This document shows positions 37,301 through 51,622 of a stretch of 64,000 bases of DNA, in pieces. The notes under the pieces were generated by a model that saw nothing but the letters and a program-made list of their open reading frames with translations, was not told where the DNA came from and made no database searches. The stretch is taken from positions 21,306,721 through 21,370,720 of the forward strand of contig JAUZTB010000048.1 in assembly GCA_034780895.1 (NCBI GenBank), in the 5' to 3' direction. Within the stretch, counting starts at the first letter, position 1. Every line of letters begins with the position of its first letter. This stretch comes from Rhynchobatus australiae. Taxonomy: Eukaryota. The position numbers and the translations under genes were made by a program.

Positions 37301-40204
37301 AAGAAATTCTCTCATGTGCTATACATATTTAGGCCAACAGAATTTTATCCAAAAGCTGATCACTAAATACAATCTGCACTACCATGTAGGATTACCACAT
37401 ATGGAGGCTCCTTGATACACTCAATAATGTCAGTTGGAACAAAATGCAAAATTGATGACATTGTTGTGGAATTCTACATTATGTAATTCTACATCCAGGC
37501 CTCTAATGCTGAAAAGGCCTTAGCAAGTGAGTGAAACCTACATCAACATTACTTAAAGGGCTTGTCCTTATGTGGTCCATGGTCATTGATTGGCCAAAGC
37601 AGCAATACATTTAATTGAAACTGTATACTTCCAGGGTGAGTGCCTTAATTGCTTAAACTAGGTAGCTCCAGGACCTCATCTCTGATTGTAGGAAAACTCC
37701 CAGCATTGGAAGTGCACTGTAGAAAGCCCCATCAATTAGATTATACTTTAGGATAAATCTGCCCCAAAGATGCACAATTACCCGAAATGACAATTGGAAA
37801 CCAATGTATTAAGAATTCCTTCAATGGCAGGAGAACAGGCAGCAGAGTTTACCCTTCATCTGCAAGTTTACAGTTAATGTTGGTTTTATGTACAGTCAGC
37901 CTCTGTTGGCCCAGTGTTCATGATTCTAGTGAACACAATACATTTGGCCACCACTCCTGCATGACTTTACAGCAGTCTGGCATTGATCTCCCTTATCGCA
38001 CAATTTTAATGTCCAAGTTCATTTGGAATTGTATTTCTAGTGCATAAGCTTTTAAAAGTGGGTGACATATTAATAATGTTGTTCAAAGTCACAGGATCCT
38101 AGATTTCAAATACATAAGTCATGGAGTATAAAAGCAAACAAGTAATGTACAGGATATACAAATCACTGGTTATCCAACAGTTGCAATATTGGTCTAAAAA
38201 TCAGGGTCTACAGTACCCATTTTCCATGTGTTAAACAAGCTCTTAAACACACAATATGGTAAGTAAGAAACGCCTGCTTAAAATGATCTGGAGAACTTTC
38301 TACAAAGATAAAGACAAAGGATCTTGATGCTGAAACATTTATTTAGCTATGTATCTGAGGAGAGAGAGGGTTGGGGGTGAGGGGTGGGGAGAAAGGGACC
38401 TAATGCTTGTGTTTTCCCGGCAGTCACTGCTAACTGCAGTCTCTAAAACCAGTAATGAAAGACTTAAGCAAATATTCCCCGGGATGCAAAACCAGGAGGA
38501 GAATGAATGCTGCTCCCAGCAGCGCATGCAAAGAACATGAGCTGCAACTTCCTGTGCACAGATCACCTTTCCTCCACTCATTTTCTATCCATCCCATACC
38601 CTCACTTCACCCATCAATATGTACTATCTCCCTCCATTGCCCCTTCCCAACATGTCTCATTCATCTTCCCACTGCTGTTCCTCATCATCAACACCTTCAA
38701 GCTGACACCAACATGCACCTTCTGACTCCAGTGTAATGGTACCTGAGTCTCGATAACAAGGCAGCCTGGGCCTCACTATTCAGCAAATGACCACTCCCTG
38801 ACTTCCAGCCTACTATATTCAGTTATAATTTAGGAGAGACAGTGTAAAAGAAGATACCAGGATTGAGAGGATTCAGATATGGGAGTAAAAAGCAAAGTCT
38901 ATGATTCTATACACCAGAAAAAAAATTCTTTACAGGTTATATGGAAGCAAGAAACACTGCCTGATATTAAAAATATTCTATCCAAACAAATGTTAGTGTT
39001 AAATCTGATATCAGTAAACTTCAGCTGGTTTTTGCCACAGCCCCTATGAAAATTTTTAGACTGTTCATGATTTATTTTTCAAAGATAGAGATAATTAAAA
39101 GGTTTCTCAGAGAATGAGATGACAGAGACTGATAAATCATAACTGAAGAATACATAAGGGTTTTAGTCTTCATATCCAGGATGTGCTTGTTTACTTGACC
39201 TTTCTGGGAAATGCACCAAATCATTCAAAATAAAGGCATGAACAACACAAACAAGCATATTGTGAAGAACAGCACAATGACATTGAGAGATGCTAAGGTT
39301 CATATTGGTTGAAATGTGATTGTATTATCTGAACAGTGATATTCAACCTTAAAAGCGTGCTACTATCTCTCATGGAACAAGACGACTTTCTGCTTTCAAA
39401 CAGAACAGTCTTACATAATTTTAACAGCAGCGACAAAATTCAACATTATGTTATTTCTGAATGTGCTGGAGAAATTAATTAAGGAAAAAAAAACTCATGA
39501 CCTGTCATTGTCAAATATGTGAAAAATAAGGGGTCCATGTGGACAATGCCAGAATATGTTGATAAAGCCCAATACTAACAATCCTGGAAATATGAAATAA
39601 AAGCAGGAAAGGCTGATAGCATTTATTACCTCAGACAACATCAGTAGTAAGCTAAATAAGTCAGATTTGTGTCATTTCATATTTTATATTTGCTACCTCA
39701 CATGAATTGCATGGCTAATATATGTTTTACTGACTTTAGTCTAAGTAAATGTATAATTGCAATAAGCTACAAGTATCTTTCTATTGATTACTAGTCACAA
39801 TTTAATAATAGATATTCTGATTAGCAAAAATCTCCTGCATGCACATCTTGCTAAAATAGGCTGAATAGCACATGCCAACTAGAAGGGCTTAGAAGTTCTG
39901 AGGACATAATTTTGGAATGTGTGCATGAACCCCTAATAGCCATTACCATCATACAGAGTGGCAAGATGAAGCCGCTCATTAGTGCCCAATCTGATTTGAA
40001 GACACAGATGCCATTTTGAAACTCCATATTCCAGCTAATTACCTGTCCTAACTTCCCACAACTTAGCATGTCAGGAGAAGAAATGATGGAACCCTCAAGG
40101 GCTACTTAAAGGAATCATGACTAATTGCATGTTAGTTGCTGCCTTACTTCTCCTGGCTGCCAGTGAAGCTGATTCATTCCACAAAGGCATTCTACCATTG
40201 AAAA

Positions 40205-40380
40205 TCAAAAGAACTACAATGCTGGAAATCTGAAAGGAAAACAAAAAATGCTGAATGTCAGTTCGGGCATTCTCCATACCTTCATTCTATCGGTCTTCAG
40301 CCTGAAACATCAACTCTTCCTCTTTCCATGGATGCTGCCTGATCAGCTGAGCATTCCAGCATTCTCTGTTTCTATTTCCA
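40205..40380. mobile_element. Penelope-derived fold-back mini-element
   Basis: 'tgctggaaatctgaaaggaaaacaaaaaatgctg' ... 'ggtcttcagcctGAAACATCaact...gatgctgcctgatcagctgagcattccagcattctctgtttctatttc'. Confidence 0.7.
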
Positions 40381-40384
40381 TTTA

Positions 40385-40970
40385 AGAGGTGATGTTGCAG
40401 CTCTGTAGAACTCTGGTCAGACCACACTTGGAGTATAGTGTCCAGTTCTGTTCACCTCATTTTAGGAAGAATGCGGAAGCTTTAGAGAGGGTGTAGAGGA
40501 GATTTACCAGGATGCTGCCTAGATTGGAGAGCATGTCTTATGAGGATAGCTTGAGTGAGCTAGGGTTTTTCTCTTTGGAGAGAAGGAGGATGAAAGGTGA
40601 CTTGATAGAGGTGTACAAGACGATAAGAGGAATAGATCGAGTGGACAGTCAGAGACTTTTTCCCAGGGTGACAATGGCTAACTCAAGAGGACATAATTTT
40701 AAGGTGATTGGAGGAAGATGCAAGGGGGATGTCAGGAGTAAGTTTTTTTTTCACACAGAAAGGGGTGGGTGCGTGGAACACACTGCCTGCAGAGGTTTTG
40801 GGGGCAGATACATTAGGGACATTTAAGATACTCTTAGATAGACATATGAATGATAGAAAAATGGGAGGCTATGTAGGAGGGAAAGGTTAGATAGATCTTA
40901 GAGCAGGATAAAATGTCGGCACAACACTGTGGGCTGAAGAGCCTGTACTGTGCTGTAGTGTTCCATGTTT
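40385..40970 (+). mobile_element. CR1 LINE, 5'-truncated, well preserved
   Basis: LVRPHLEYSVQF..RFTRMLPRLESMSYEDSLSELGFFSLERRRMKGDLIEVYKTIRGIDRVD, with tail 'gggctgaagagcctgtactgtgctgtagtgttc'. Confidence 0.93.
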
Positions 40971-42564
40971 TAAACACCAGTCAGTTCCAAAATACTATTC
41001 AATACACAAGTGCACATTAGTGGCACACACCACACTGGCTTTCACATTGATAAGGGTGTTAATGGGTGTTATTGCCAGCAAAGATAACACCCTCAGGGAT
41101 GACAGCCCTGTTACATTGTATCTCAGAAGTGCATGAATTAATAGGCATTCTCCTTGGAGGACACCTTGACGTGATGAATAAAAGGGACTGCACAAGTTGC
41201 CAGAAGCAGATGGAGGACGAGTGGAAGGTCACTCAGAGATCTTTGTCAATACTTCTGTCAATATCTCAATCATTATAATGGAAATTTTAGATTTATTCCT
41301 TTTAACAATTGGCTGTCACAATTCAAGCCACTGGTTTGTATCATCCCACCTCCTCACATGCCAACTCCTTACTGTTAGGTATTCCTATCGTAGGTGGGTG
41401 GAACCTCATTTGGGTACTGTACATTATCACTGCTCAAGTGATGAGGCTTGCAAAGAAAGAGGTGGCAGTGTTTGGGAAGAGGGGGGCTCTATCTGCTAAT
41501 TAAGCATTATTTTAAACAACGAAGCTAGAANNNNNNNNNNNNNNNNNNNNNNNNNNNNNNNNNNNNNNNNNNNNNNNNNNNNNNNNNNNNNNNNNNNNNN
41601 NNNNNNNNNNNNNNNNNNNNNNNNNNNNNNNNNNNNNNNNNNNNNNNNNNNNNNNNNNNNNNNNNNNNNNNNNNNNNNNNNNNNNNNNNNNNNNNNNNNN
41701 NNNNNNNNNNNNNNNNNNNNNNNNNNNNNNNNNNNNNNNNNNNNNNNNNNNNNNNNNNNNNNNNNNNNNNNNNNNNNNNNNNNNNNNNNNNNNNNNNNNN
41801 NNNNNNNNNNNNNGTTCAAAGCCATCACAAATATAATTATCACTAAGAACTATCAGATCACCGTGAAGGAACCCTGGAACAGACAAATGCACAGAGAGAA
41901 CAGGTGATGAATTTCAGTGAAAGCATCCTTACTGGTGTGCAGATGTGTCACATGCTGTTACTTGCTGAGATTCAGTTAGGAGAATTGCTTACTGAACACC
42001 ATGGGTGGATATATCTTGTTCAAAAATCATGAGAGCAGAAGGTTATTGTTTTTTTCTGATGAATAACATCGGAATGTTAATAAGCTATCTAATGGAATGG
42101 ATTCCTGAATATATTTTCTTTTTAGTAACCTTTAATAGACTTTTACTAATGCTCTGTGCTTACTTTTCTTGCTGCAAGAATTCACTGGGTGATGGATTTG
42201 ATCCAGGAATCTCAATTAGTAATGGTCTCAGTCCAGGAATTTATTTGGTGATGGACTTGGTTTTAAGCCAATTCTCTATTGATCTGACCACAGCCCTTTT
42301 AGTGTCTTCTCCCATCAAATGCTTGAGCTCAGTGAGATAAAATATAATATAAGCAGAGTGCAAAACAGGCAAAAGCAGTTCACCAATTATCCAAGTGATT
42401 CTTCAGTTTATACATTCCTCTTCTTCAGATTATTGCTGTATATTTCGTATCTTAACATGAATCAAAAACATTTAAAATTACATCAATTCTAAGCATGTGC
42501 CTAGTAGCTTAATTGCATCCAGCAAGTATTGTTGATCAAAATTACATTACATGATCATTTAAAA

Positions 42565-42898
42565 TTAGAAAGATACAACGCAGAAACAGGCCCTTTGGCC
42601 CACTAAGTCTGCATGCTATATTAATCCCTTTTTTATCTCTCTATGTTCTTATCAACTCCACCCGCCCCCCCGGCCAAGATTCTACCACTCATTTACACAC
42701 TAGGGGCAATATACAGTAGCCAATTAATCTACCAACCCACACATTTTAGGGATGTGAGAGGAAACCAGAGCACCTGGATGAAACCCACATAGTCACAGGG
42801 AGAACATGCAAATTCCAGATAGAAAGCACCCAAATTCAGGATTGAACCTAGATCTCCAGCACTATGAGGCAGTAGCTCTTCCAGCTGCACCACTGCAT
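42565..42898 (-). mobile_element. tRNA-derived V-SINE (HE1-like)
   Basis: Minus strand gives tRNA head gcagtggtgcagctgg..ggttcaatcc, V-domain gtgggtttcatccaggtgctctggtttcctctcacatccc, and CR1-like tail gggccaaagggcctgtttctg. Confidence 0.85.
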
Positions 42899-42959
42899 CA
42901 TATTACATTCGCAATCCCCAACAAGATGCTGTGAGGTAAAATCTGCAAGTGCTATCAAG

Positions 42960-43960
42960 TGGCATTCACTCACCATTAATCTTCTCATTGATGCCCTGTT
43001 TAGGATTTACTGGGTCCACTCTGCTCTAAGTATCTTCTCAGCCTTGGTCCAAACATGGACTAAAAAGCTGAATTCCAGAAGGGATGTGAGAGTGGCTCCA
43101 GCATGTGACTGAATGTGTCACCAAGGATCCCTGGTTAAAATGACGTCAATGGGCATCAAAAGGGTACACTCCAATGATTGAAGTTTTACTTTGCACAAAG
43201 GGAGGTGGCAGAGATTATGTTTGTTTGAGATCATCAACCCCATACAATGTTGCAGGAGTTCCTCAGGGCAGTGTTCTAGGAGCAACCATCTTCAGCTGCT
43301 TCATCAATGACTTCCCTTTCATCAGAAGTGGGGAAGTTTGCTGATGATTGTACCACGTTCAGTTCCATTCACAACTTCTCATCAAATACAGTTGTCCATG
43401 CTGGCATACAACAAGACCTAGGTAACATCCACTAAAGTGCCAGAGGATAGAAAAGAGAGACAAGTAAAAGTCTAACTATCTACCCTTGATATTCAATGGC
43501 ATTATCTTTGCCAAGTTTCCAACCATCAACATTCTAAAGGTTACCTTTGACTATAACCTCAAGAGGACTAGCTTTATAAATACGGAATCAATGGCAGGAC
43601 AGATTCTATATCTGTGGAGGATGACTCACCTCCTGCCATCTTCTAGAACTCACAAGTCAGAAGCATGATGGAATACTCACCACTTGCCTGGTTTAGTGCA
43701 GCTCCAACAATACTCAGGAACCTCATCACCATCCACCATACAAATCTTTCATTCTCTCCATCACCAGTACACAGTGGCTACAGCTGTTACTTGCAATAGG
43801 CTGCTCTGACAGCATGTCCCAAACCTGCAGCCTCCGCCTCAAGAAGAAGAACAGCAGCAGTAGATGCCACTCCAAGTCATACACCACCCTGATTTGTAAA
43901 TATATTGCTGAACCTTCACTGTCACTGGATTTCATTCTTTGAACTTCCAAAACAATGACA
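42960..43960 (+). mobile_element. CR1-clade LINE RT remnant (FADDC type)
   Basis: AGVPQGSVLGATIFSCFINDF..KFADDC (43253-43351). Shares its 3' region with 57.15-58.17k. Confidence 0.8.
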
Positions 43961-44829
43961 TTGATATGCAATATTATTATCATCTTAAGATCAGCCACAA
44001 GGAGAAACTAAAGTTAATTTTATACTTCATTTACATCAGTTAATCTGTCTTCAAAGTTCTTCTGGAATAATCTCCACTTCAGAGGATTTCATTACAGCTA
44101 CATTTTTACAAAGGTCCATGACAGATTTAAAATAAGATCACATTGCAACATAATGTACAGCTTGAGAGAATAAACATGAGCTGGTTGCTTAAAGAATGCA
44201 ATAGTCACATTGGAGGTTTGGGATCATAATATTTACAGAATGCTGATTTTTTTTCTTTTACAAATCATTTCCAAAGCAGCTATTTAACTGTCTTATGTTA
44301 AATAACAGAACATGCTTTTGATTACTTCGGGAAGATTGTATTATTTTGAATGATTGATAATATTTGGAAGAGTANNNNNNNNNNNNNNNNNNNNNNNNNN
44401 NNNNNNNNNNNNNNNNNNNNNNNNNNNNNNNNNNNNNNNNNNNNNNNNNNNNNNNNNNNNNNNNNNNNNNNNNNGGTGAATCTAAATTGCTAGATTTTGT
44501 CTTTCAAAGCTCCAATTTAAGTAAAAGTTACATTTCATCCAAATATATTTGCTTAAGTATTGTTTGTATTGGCCTCAGCCTTACTTATTTTCTTGGGTCT
44601 TCATCAAAGATTCACTAATATTAGTAATGAAGTGAGAGTGCAGTATGGTTTGAGGTTAAAAAATTAATGTGTAATTGGTAATCCCTAGGTGTAGTTGCTC
44701 ATGCATACTGTGATAGGGATCTGGTCATCTTTAATGGTCTTGTTCCCTTGACTTTTAATACAGCATTTCTATTAACTGCTGAGTACTTTCCATGTGTTAT
44801 CATGGCATGTACTAATAATGTCACAGAAG

Positions 44830-45030
44830 GAGGTTATCAGGTCCTTACCAACTCCTCAGCTCAGGGAGATAATCAGTATAGTCCCATTCCCCTTCTTATT
44901 TCCTTGTATTCCTGCAACACATTCTCCCTCACCCTCCATCAACTCCCCTTTGATTCTTTTTGCCCTTAACCTACAGTACACAGAGAGAACATGCAAACTC
45001 CACAGGGACAGCACCCAAAGTCAGGATCTA
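44830..45030 (-). mobile_element. V-SINE fragment
   Basis: 'cacagagagaacatgcaaactccacagggacagcacccaaagtcaggatc' matches 42794-42845. Confidence 0.65.
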
Positions 45031-47499
45031 ACAGATAATTCTAATGCATCATGGAAAACTTCCATTATGGTATCCCATGTTTATAACTTATTGAGACCTA
45101 GTCATTCCATAGCCATTACCAGGAAAGTCCAAAGCCATATCTTCCATGTTATTTGCTTCAGAGCTACCTTGGGATGCCCTGCGTAATAGAAGTGGCTCAG
45201 CATGTGGAGAGATCTTATTTAAAGATCTCTCGGCTGGTACTAAAAGATCTCTTCAAACAAAATCACAGAATAGAATTAAAAATACTTAGAATGAATTTAA
45301 TTTTGACGTTTATATTGTTGATCTCCTTATCATTAAATAGTGACTAACCTGCTATGCATTACTAACAGGACCTACTTTCATTACAAATTTTGAGCTCCAG
45401 TTTATCTTCTTATGGTGTGTCCTTCTCAGAAAACCTACAATATATGCTACCATAAAATTTTCACATTCATCATAAAGGTCATTTTCTCGTCAACGATATG
45501 CTTATGTGTATTTTGTGACAATCTCTTATTTCTCCTTTTTCATTTTAGGTTTGGCACATCTTCTTTTTTATTACGGTGACATATTTTCCTCGATAAAAGT
45601 TTTCAATGCATCTGTAAGTCTTTTATCATGTGAATGAAAGAAAATCCTATATTTTCAATGTGCCTTTTAATCAAGAAGATTCAATGGTTGAAACCAGTCT
45701 ATTCTGGGTTAGCTAAGTCAAGCTGAGGAGGTAGCTGGGGTACAACAATTGGCATCATCAATCCTTGCTTAGAGAATGCACTTCTGTACCCAAGAAATTG
45801 GATCCATTTGTGCCCAATTTTCTGGTATGCAAATAATTGCCCAGGCCAGTTTCCTAATGGGCACAAATACATACCAAAATGGTCACTAATACATTTAACC
45901 AGCATTATTGCATTGATAATCAATTCCAGGTGAAATTGTGCCCATCAGGAAATTGACCTAGGCATTTCCATGCACTATTCACCTTAGTAAGTCTGATGTT
46001 TTTCCATTGTAACTGATGCCTCTAATGTCACAAGCCACACACCATACTTTTACTCCTGTACCAATGTAAATTGGAGCTTTTGGGTGCAACCTACAGCCTT
46101 CATTGAATAGTTAGAAAGCAAATAGGAGCACTTTGAGTTGAGATCACTGGGGTGACATTTCTTTTTCCATTTCTGTGACTAATGAATGGTTTGCAGTATC
46201 TGCTGGCCTCAGTTTTCAGTGTTTAGAAAATTTGAAACCTTATTGCCAGTTGTTCTATTAATGACTACAGCCTTTTTATATAAAGCGCAAACGAACTGCA
46301 TGCTCTGACCTCTACTTCATTGATCATCCCACACAACAAGGCAGCATGTGGCTATGTGGGAGATGGGATTTGATCAAGGCAAACAATCACGTGGTGGTGT
46401 CCACACAAACATAGAACGTGGCTGTATCACCTTTCTCCCACATTTTCTCTCACTTCTGTGCCAGCCTTTTAGCTGACTCATGAAGCTGTTTTCCTCCTAG
46501 GAAAACTACTGGACCATTTTCTTCTTTTTTTGTTCAAATTGATTCATACCAAGCACCGAGGCTGCAATATGACCATGATACAATGTCTGCCTTTTATAAA
46601 TAAACTCTGCCCATTAAAATCATGCAGTGCAGAGGATTATTGATATTGTAGCCACCATAATTGAATAAGTATCTTAAGTGATGATGAGTCAAGAAGCTAA
46701 TAGTGGGATCATTTAAGAAAAGTGACTAAATACATTCCAACCAGAATTAGAAAATCTCACTTCAGTGTAAGTAAAAGTTGCCGACTCTTCCATGGTTCAC
46801 AAGGGAAGATTTGGCTTCCACAAAATCCCTTTGAATTCCCATTTCACAGAGCTGATGTATCTCATTTTCACCAGTACAAAAAGTAAAAGAGACAAATCAG
46901 TTGGACTGTAAATTTGAAAATTGTAACTTCAAATGGTAGATTTGCAAGCCATTTGGAGGGTGTCCAAAGGTCATTTAATTAGCTAATGTACATTTCCATT
47001 AAACACGTCTAACTTGATAAACATGGTCAGAGGTTTCACATTAGTGTAGAAAGTTTCTCCCTCAGGCATACTGAAATTGACCTCGACTAGCTCTGAACAC
47101 TTCAACCTTCAAAATTCAAATGCCATGAACAGTGTAGCTGCAATCAAGAACTCCCAATCTCCTAGAGAATCCAAAGGATTATCCAGCTGTGTCTGTGGGA
47201 GACACTTAACTCTATGTCCTTGTATACCCTCGACCAGCAAAATTTTATTCCTCTCACATTTAAACATTATTAACTGAGTGTGTAGCCACTAATTTTATTT
47301 TGGAGGTGAATGCCACACTTCTTCTTCCCCGTGCGTGCAAAGGTATTTCCTTAAATTTCTTCTGAATGGATTGGCTCCAATTATAACACTTTTGTCTCTT
47401 TGTCCTAAACCCACCCATCAGTGGAAAAGTTTTGATCTACCGTATCAGTTTCTGTCAAAATCCTAAAATCCTTCAATGTCATAATATCATTATGACATT

Positions 47500-47855
47500 A
47501 AAGACCATTCACCCAATCAAGCCAATGCTGGCTCTCAGAGGATTCTATCAGTCCCATTCCTGCCAACTTATTTGCTTGTAACCAATTGTCTTGGACGTGT
47601 CCATCAACTCCCCCTGATTTTCCTAACACCACCTGCTGTTGTGGGGGGGGGGGCAGTGTGGGAGGTAATTTTCAATAGCCAATTAATCTACCAGCACATC
47701 TTTGGCATGTGGGAGGTAATTGGAGCATTCAAGGGAAACCCATATGATCACAGAAATAATAGAGAAACTCCACACAGGCTGCACCAATCAGGATAGAACC
47801 TGGGTCATTGGAGCTGTGTGGCAGCAGAATTAATGTTGTGCCATGATGCTGCTCT
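47500..47855 (-). mobile_element. V-SINE (HE1-like), decayed
   Basis: 'tagccaattaatctaccagcacatctttggcatgtgggagg..gaaacccat..gaacctgggtcattggagctgtg' parallels the 42.7-42.9k copy. Confidence 0.75.
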
Positions 47856-48199
47856 CTAATCACCCTTAGAATCCAGTGAATATAAGCTTCACATTGGAAT
47901 GGAATTAATCTGTAGGAGAAATGGAAAATTGTTTCAGATCATATCTATATCATCTCCAGAGCCAAGGTCACTCCAGCTTGTGTCATTAAGCAGTACTTGT
48001 GCAACTTAAAACTTAAGATCATAGTGAAGGTTAATAATCTGGAGAAATTGTCCAATCCTTTCAATGGTCTGAAACCTCGTATCACACATTTTCTCAACCA
48101 TCTTTTCTCTAGCAAAAACAATGTGCAATTTCAGAGTCAAAGTCCCAGGTCATCATTAACTCGTTCACTGAAGCATATGGGAAAATCAACCTTAACTTT

Positions 48200-49000
48200 T
48201 GTAAAACAAAGGTCCTCCACCAACCTAACCCTACTGTACAACACCACTACCAATAAAAGTGTATCAGACCCTGGAAAACCTAACACTGGGAAGCTGCCTC
48301 AAGCATGGCACCACCAGCTTCAGGACATTAGCAACCCCATTGGTCATGTGAGGAAAAGCGTGTTTGAAAATCATGACCTCAAATCTGGCAGAAAGCTGAT
48401 GGTCAACTGTGCAGCAGTGATCATCTGCGCTGTGTGCTTCTGAGTCATGAACTACCTGCAGCAGGCACCCTAAAGCACTTGAGAGATACCATCAATGCTG
48501 TCTTCACTGAAAGATTTAGTGCAGAATTCTCTTGCAGGATAAGTAAATTAAAATCAGTGTTCTCTTCCAGGCTAACATTCCCAGCATTGAGGACCTAATT
48601 ACACTCAGTCAGCTCCAGTGGATGGGTCAGGCCATTCACATGCCCGATACAAGGCTCACAAAACAGACAACCTATTCCAAACTCTGTCATGGAAAGAGAA
48701 TACCAGGTTGATAGAGGAGTCAAGGATATTCTCAAAGTCCTTGGCCAATGACTGCTTAAGATGGGGAGGGAACATTCAAAATGGCATTTGTCCAGTTCAT
48801 TCATCAGGAGCACACAGGAACCCAACATAAATGAAGGAAGGAGCACATCACCTGCCAAACCACCCACCCATCCATCTGTCAAGCAACTTCGGTGAGAAAT
48901 TCTGCAGATCCCATATTTGCCATGTCAGCCAACTCGGATCCCACAGAAATGAAATGGAAGCAAGTTATCCTCATCCCAAGTGACTGCCTGAAAAGAAGAT
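48200..49000 (+). mobile_element. RTE-clade LINE 3' remnant
   Basis: RKSVFENHDLKSGRKLMV..AAVI, KALERYHQCCL, QANIPSIEDLITLSQLQWMG..MPDTRLTKQ..YSKL, and a terminal CRSHI..SxLxxH with an AAG-type tail. Confidence 0.85.
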
Positions 49001-50289
49001 GCATAAAATGTGCAATCTGTCTTTGGACATAATAAAATATATAGTCAATATAGTCTTCAAATTACCATATCCAGGTTTTTGGTATGGAAAGAGAGGAACA
49101 TTTTAATTTTAGGTCAATGACTTTTCCTTGACCTAAAGAAAGCAGAAATCTAACCCTTTATAACAAAGTATAGAGAAAAGGAAAGAAGATGGTTTGGAAA
49201 GGGGAGGAGATGAGGGAGGAGTGAGGGAGGGGAGGAAAAAAAAAGGAGTTGAACTTGAATAAGGTGGAAGCAAGGAAAGGTCTATTGACCAAAGGAATAA
49301 TGTACTGGTCAGGAAAGGCGATGGCAATGGAACAAAAAAAAGCATTGGTCTAAAAATGGTGCTAGTCTCAACAGCAGAACCATACTTGGTGCCTGATAAC
49401 ACAAAACCAGGAGATACAATTCGAAATTATAGGTTGCAATAACTTTAAAGAAATATTAATGTAATTGTGTTAAAATATGTACAAGGGAATTTTCAACATG
49501 TATCAAAATAACACACACTGAGTAAGACTGCAAAGTCTTCTGGTCTAACAAACAGAATTGACAACTTGGAACAGTTTCTGGGAATGGATCTGGTGTGTAT
49601 CCTATTCTTCAATTGTAATATTTCATGGTGGTTGTACAGAATCTTATTTACCATTTTATTGTGTTTTTTTCCCCTTTATTTCACGGTGTGCTTTTTTCAT
49701 CGTCAAGTGATCTCCCTTTGTTCTGTGCATTTTCTTTCTTCAACATTTACATGTAATTTTCTATTATTCCTAGATATTCCTCTATTCTAGGGTTACTCTT
49801 GCTTCACCTCATTTCCTGGAAACAGATGAGTACTGACTCATCAGTACGCTATTGTCATACTGCTGTTGCTGATCAATTTACAGAGATTAGTATGCACACT
49901 GCTATAGAACCGATATATTAAACATCCCATAGATTAAACATTCTCAGATATTTGCTGCCAGGCAAGTCAAGTTTCTACAGAACATTCAGAGGATAACGTA
50001 AATTAGATTAAAATAATGGACTAATAAGGAGGTGATTTTGTTCCTTTGGAAAACTTTGCTAAATAGGAAACAACCAATACATATAAAAGGTGTTCTTCAA
50101 TGGTCTTAAAGCAAGAGATTTCATTTTAATTTTCCTATCCAGTCTAGTTACTTAATCCTAGAAATTGTAAAATTTTATATTGACTCTGGAAAGCTGCAAT
50201 AAACACAAACGGAAGATAAGTTGACATCCCTCAAGCTTCAGTTTAACAATGCAAGAGGCTAGATAGGTCAAAGTGGAAATAGGACAGAT

Positions 50290-50745
50290 AATTAAATGGT
50301 AGATAGCAGGTTACCCCTGAAGACTGAAAGCAGGTGCTGTGCAAACTGGTCACCTAATCTGCATTTGGTTTCTCCACTGTAGAGGAGATAACATTGTGAA
50401 CACTGAATACAGTATGCTAGATTGAAAGAAGTGCTAACAAATCACTGCTTCACCTGGAAAGATTGTTTGGATCCCTGGGCGGTGGGAAGGGAAGAGGTGA
50501 AAGGATAGGTGTTGCACCTCCTGCATGGGGAAGAGGAATAGTTGGTGGAGATGAAAGAGTGGACCAGGGAGTTGTGTAGGGAACAGTCCCTTTGGAATGC
50601 TGAATGGGGAGTAGAGCACAAGATGTGACTGGTGGTGGAATCTCATTGAAGGTGGCGGAAATTGTGAAGGATGATCCACTGAATGCAAAGGCTGATGGTG
50701 TGGAAGGTGAGGAATGGGGAGCTTTGTCCTTGCTCTGTCCAGGAG
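50290..50745 (-). mobile_element. Penelope-like element GIY-YIG endonuclease remnant
   Basis: Minus strand: TFHTISLCIQWIILHNFRHLQ, PCRRCNTYPFTSSLPTAQGSKQSFQVKQ, TSFNLAYCIQCSQCYLLYSGETKCRLGDQFAQHL (degenerate GIY-YIG motif, YIGET-like). Confidence 0.88.
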
Positions 50746-50899
50746 CTATTTAATTTGTCATTCTTCTGTGTCCTTATTGATCTGTGAATTGTTAAGTTTC
50801 AAGTGTTTATCTATTTGCCTGTTAAGTGTCCTTCTGCTACCCTATCTCAAAGAGCATAAAAACCAACTCCATATGTAAATGCCTTTTCATTCATCCTCT

Positions 50900-51622
50900 A
50901 GAGACATAGAGTTATTCATCACAGAAAACAGGCCCTTCTACCCAACTTGTCCATGCCAACTAAGTTGCTTAACTTGAGCTGGCCCTATTTGCCTGCTTTT
51001 GGCCCATGCTCCACTAAACCCTTCCTATCCATGTGCCTCTTTTAAATGTTATAAATGCGTGTGCCTCTACCACTTCCTCTGACAGCTTGTTCCATAGATG
51101 CACCACCCTCAGTGTTTCCAAAAAAAAAAACAAATTACCTCTCAGGTCCCTTTTAAATCTTTTCCCTCTCACTTCAAACCTTTACCTGCTAGTTTTAGAC
51201 TCCTCTACCCTGGGGAAAAGACTGTGGCTAATCACTTTATCTATTCCCCCCACGATTTTATAAACCTCTATAAAGTCACCCCTCAGCCTCCTACACTCCA
51301 GGGAAAAAGGTCCTTGCCTATCCAGCCTCTATAAAGGTCCTTTATAATCCAAACCCTCCAGACCTGGTAACATCCTCATAAATCTTTTTTGCACCCTTTC
51401 CATTTAAATGACATCCTTCCTGTACCAGGCTGACCAGAACTGTATGCAGTACTCCGACTGATGAAGGCAAGTGTGTCAAACACCACCTTCACCACCCTGC
51501 CTACCTTTGCCCCCACTTTCAGGGAACTAGGTCTCTGTTCTAAACAATCCCCAGGGACCTACCATTTACTGTGTAAGTTCTGCCCTTGTTTGTCTTACCA
51601 AAATGCAACACCTGCATTTATC
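50900..51622 (-). mobile_element. CR1 LINE 3' part
   Basis: Tail 'acagaaaacaggcccttctacccaac'. The reverse complement encodes EYCIQFWS..RFMRMLPGLE. Confidence 0.88.

Noticed and set aside
47997-48443. 148-aa ORF as a host gene
   Set aside because: Its C-terminal part is RTE ORF sequence, and the rest has no recognisable features.
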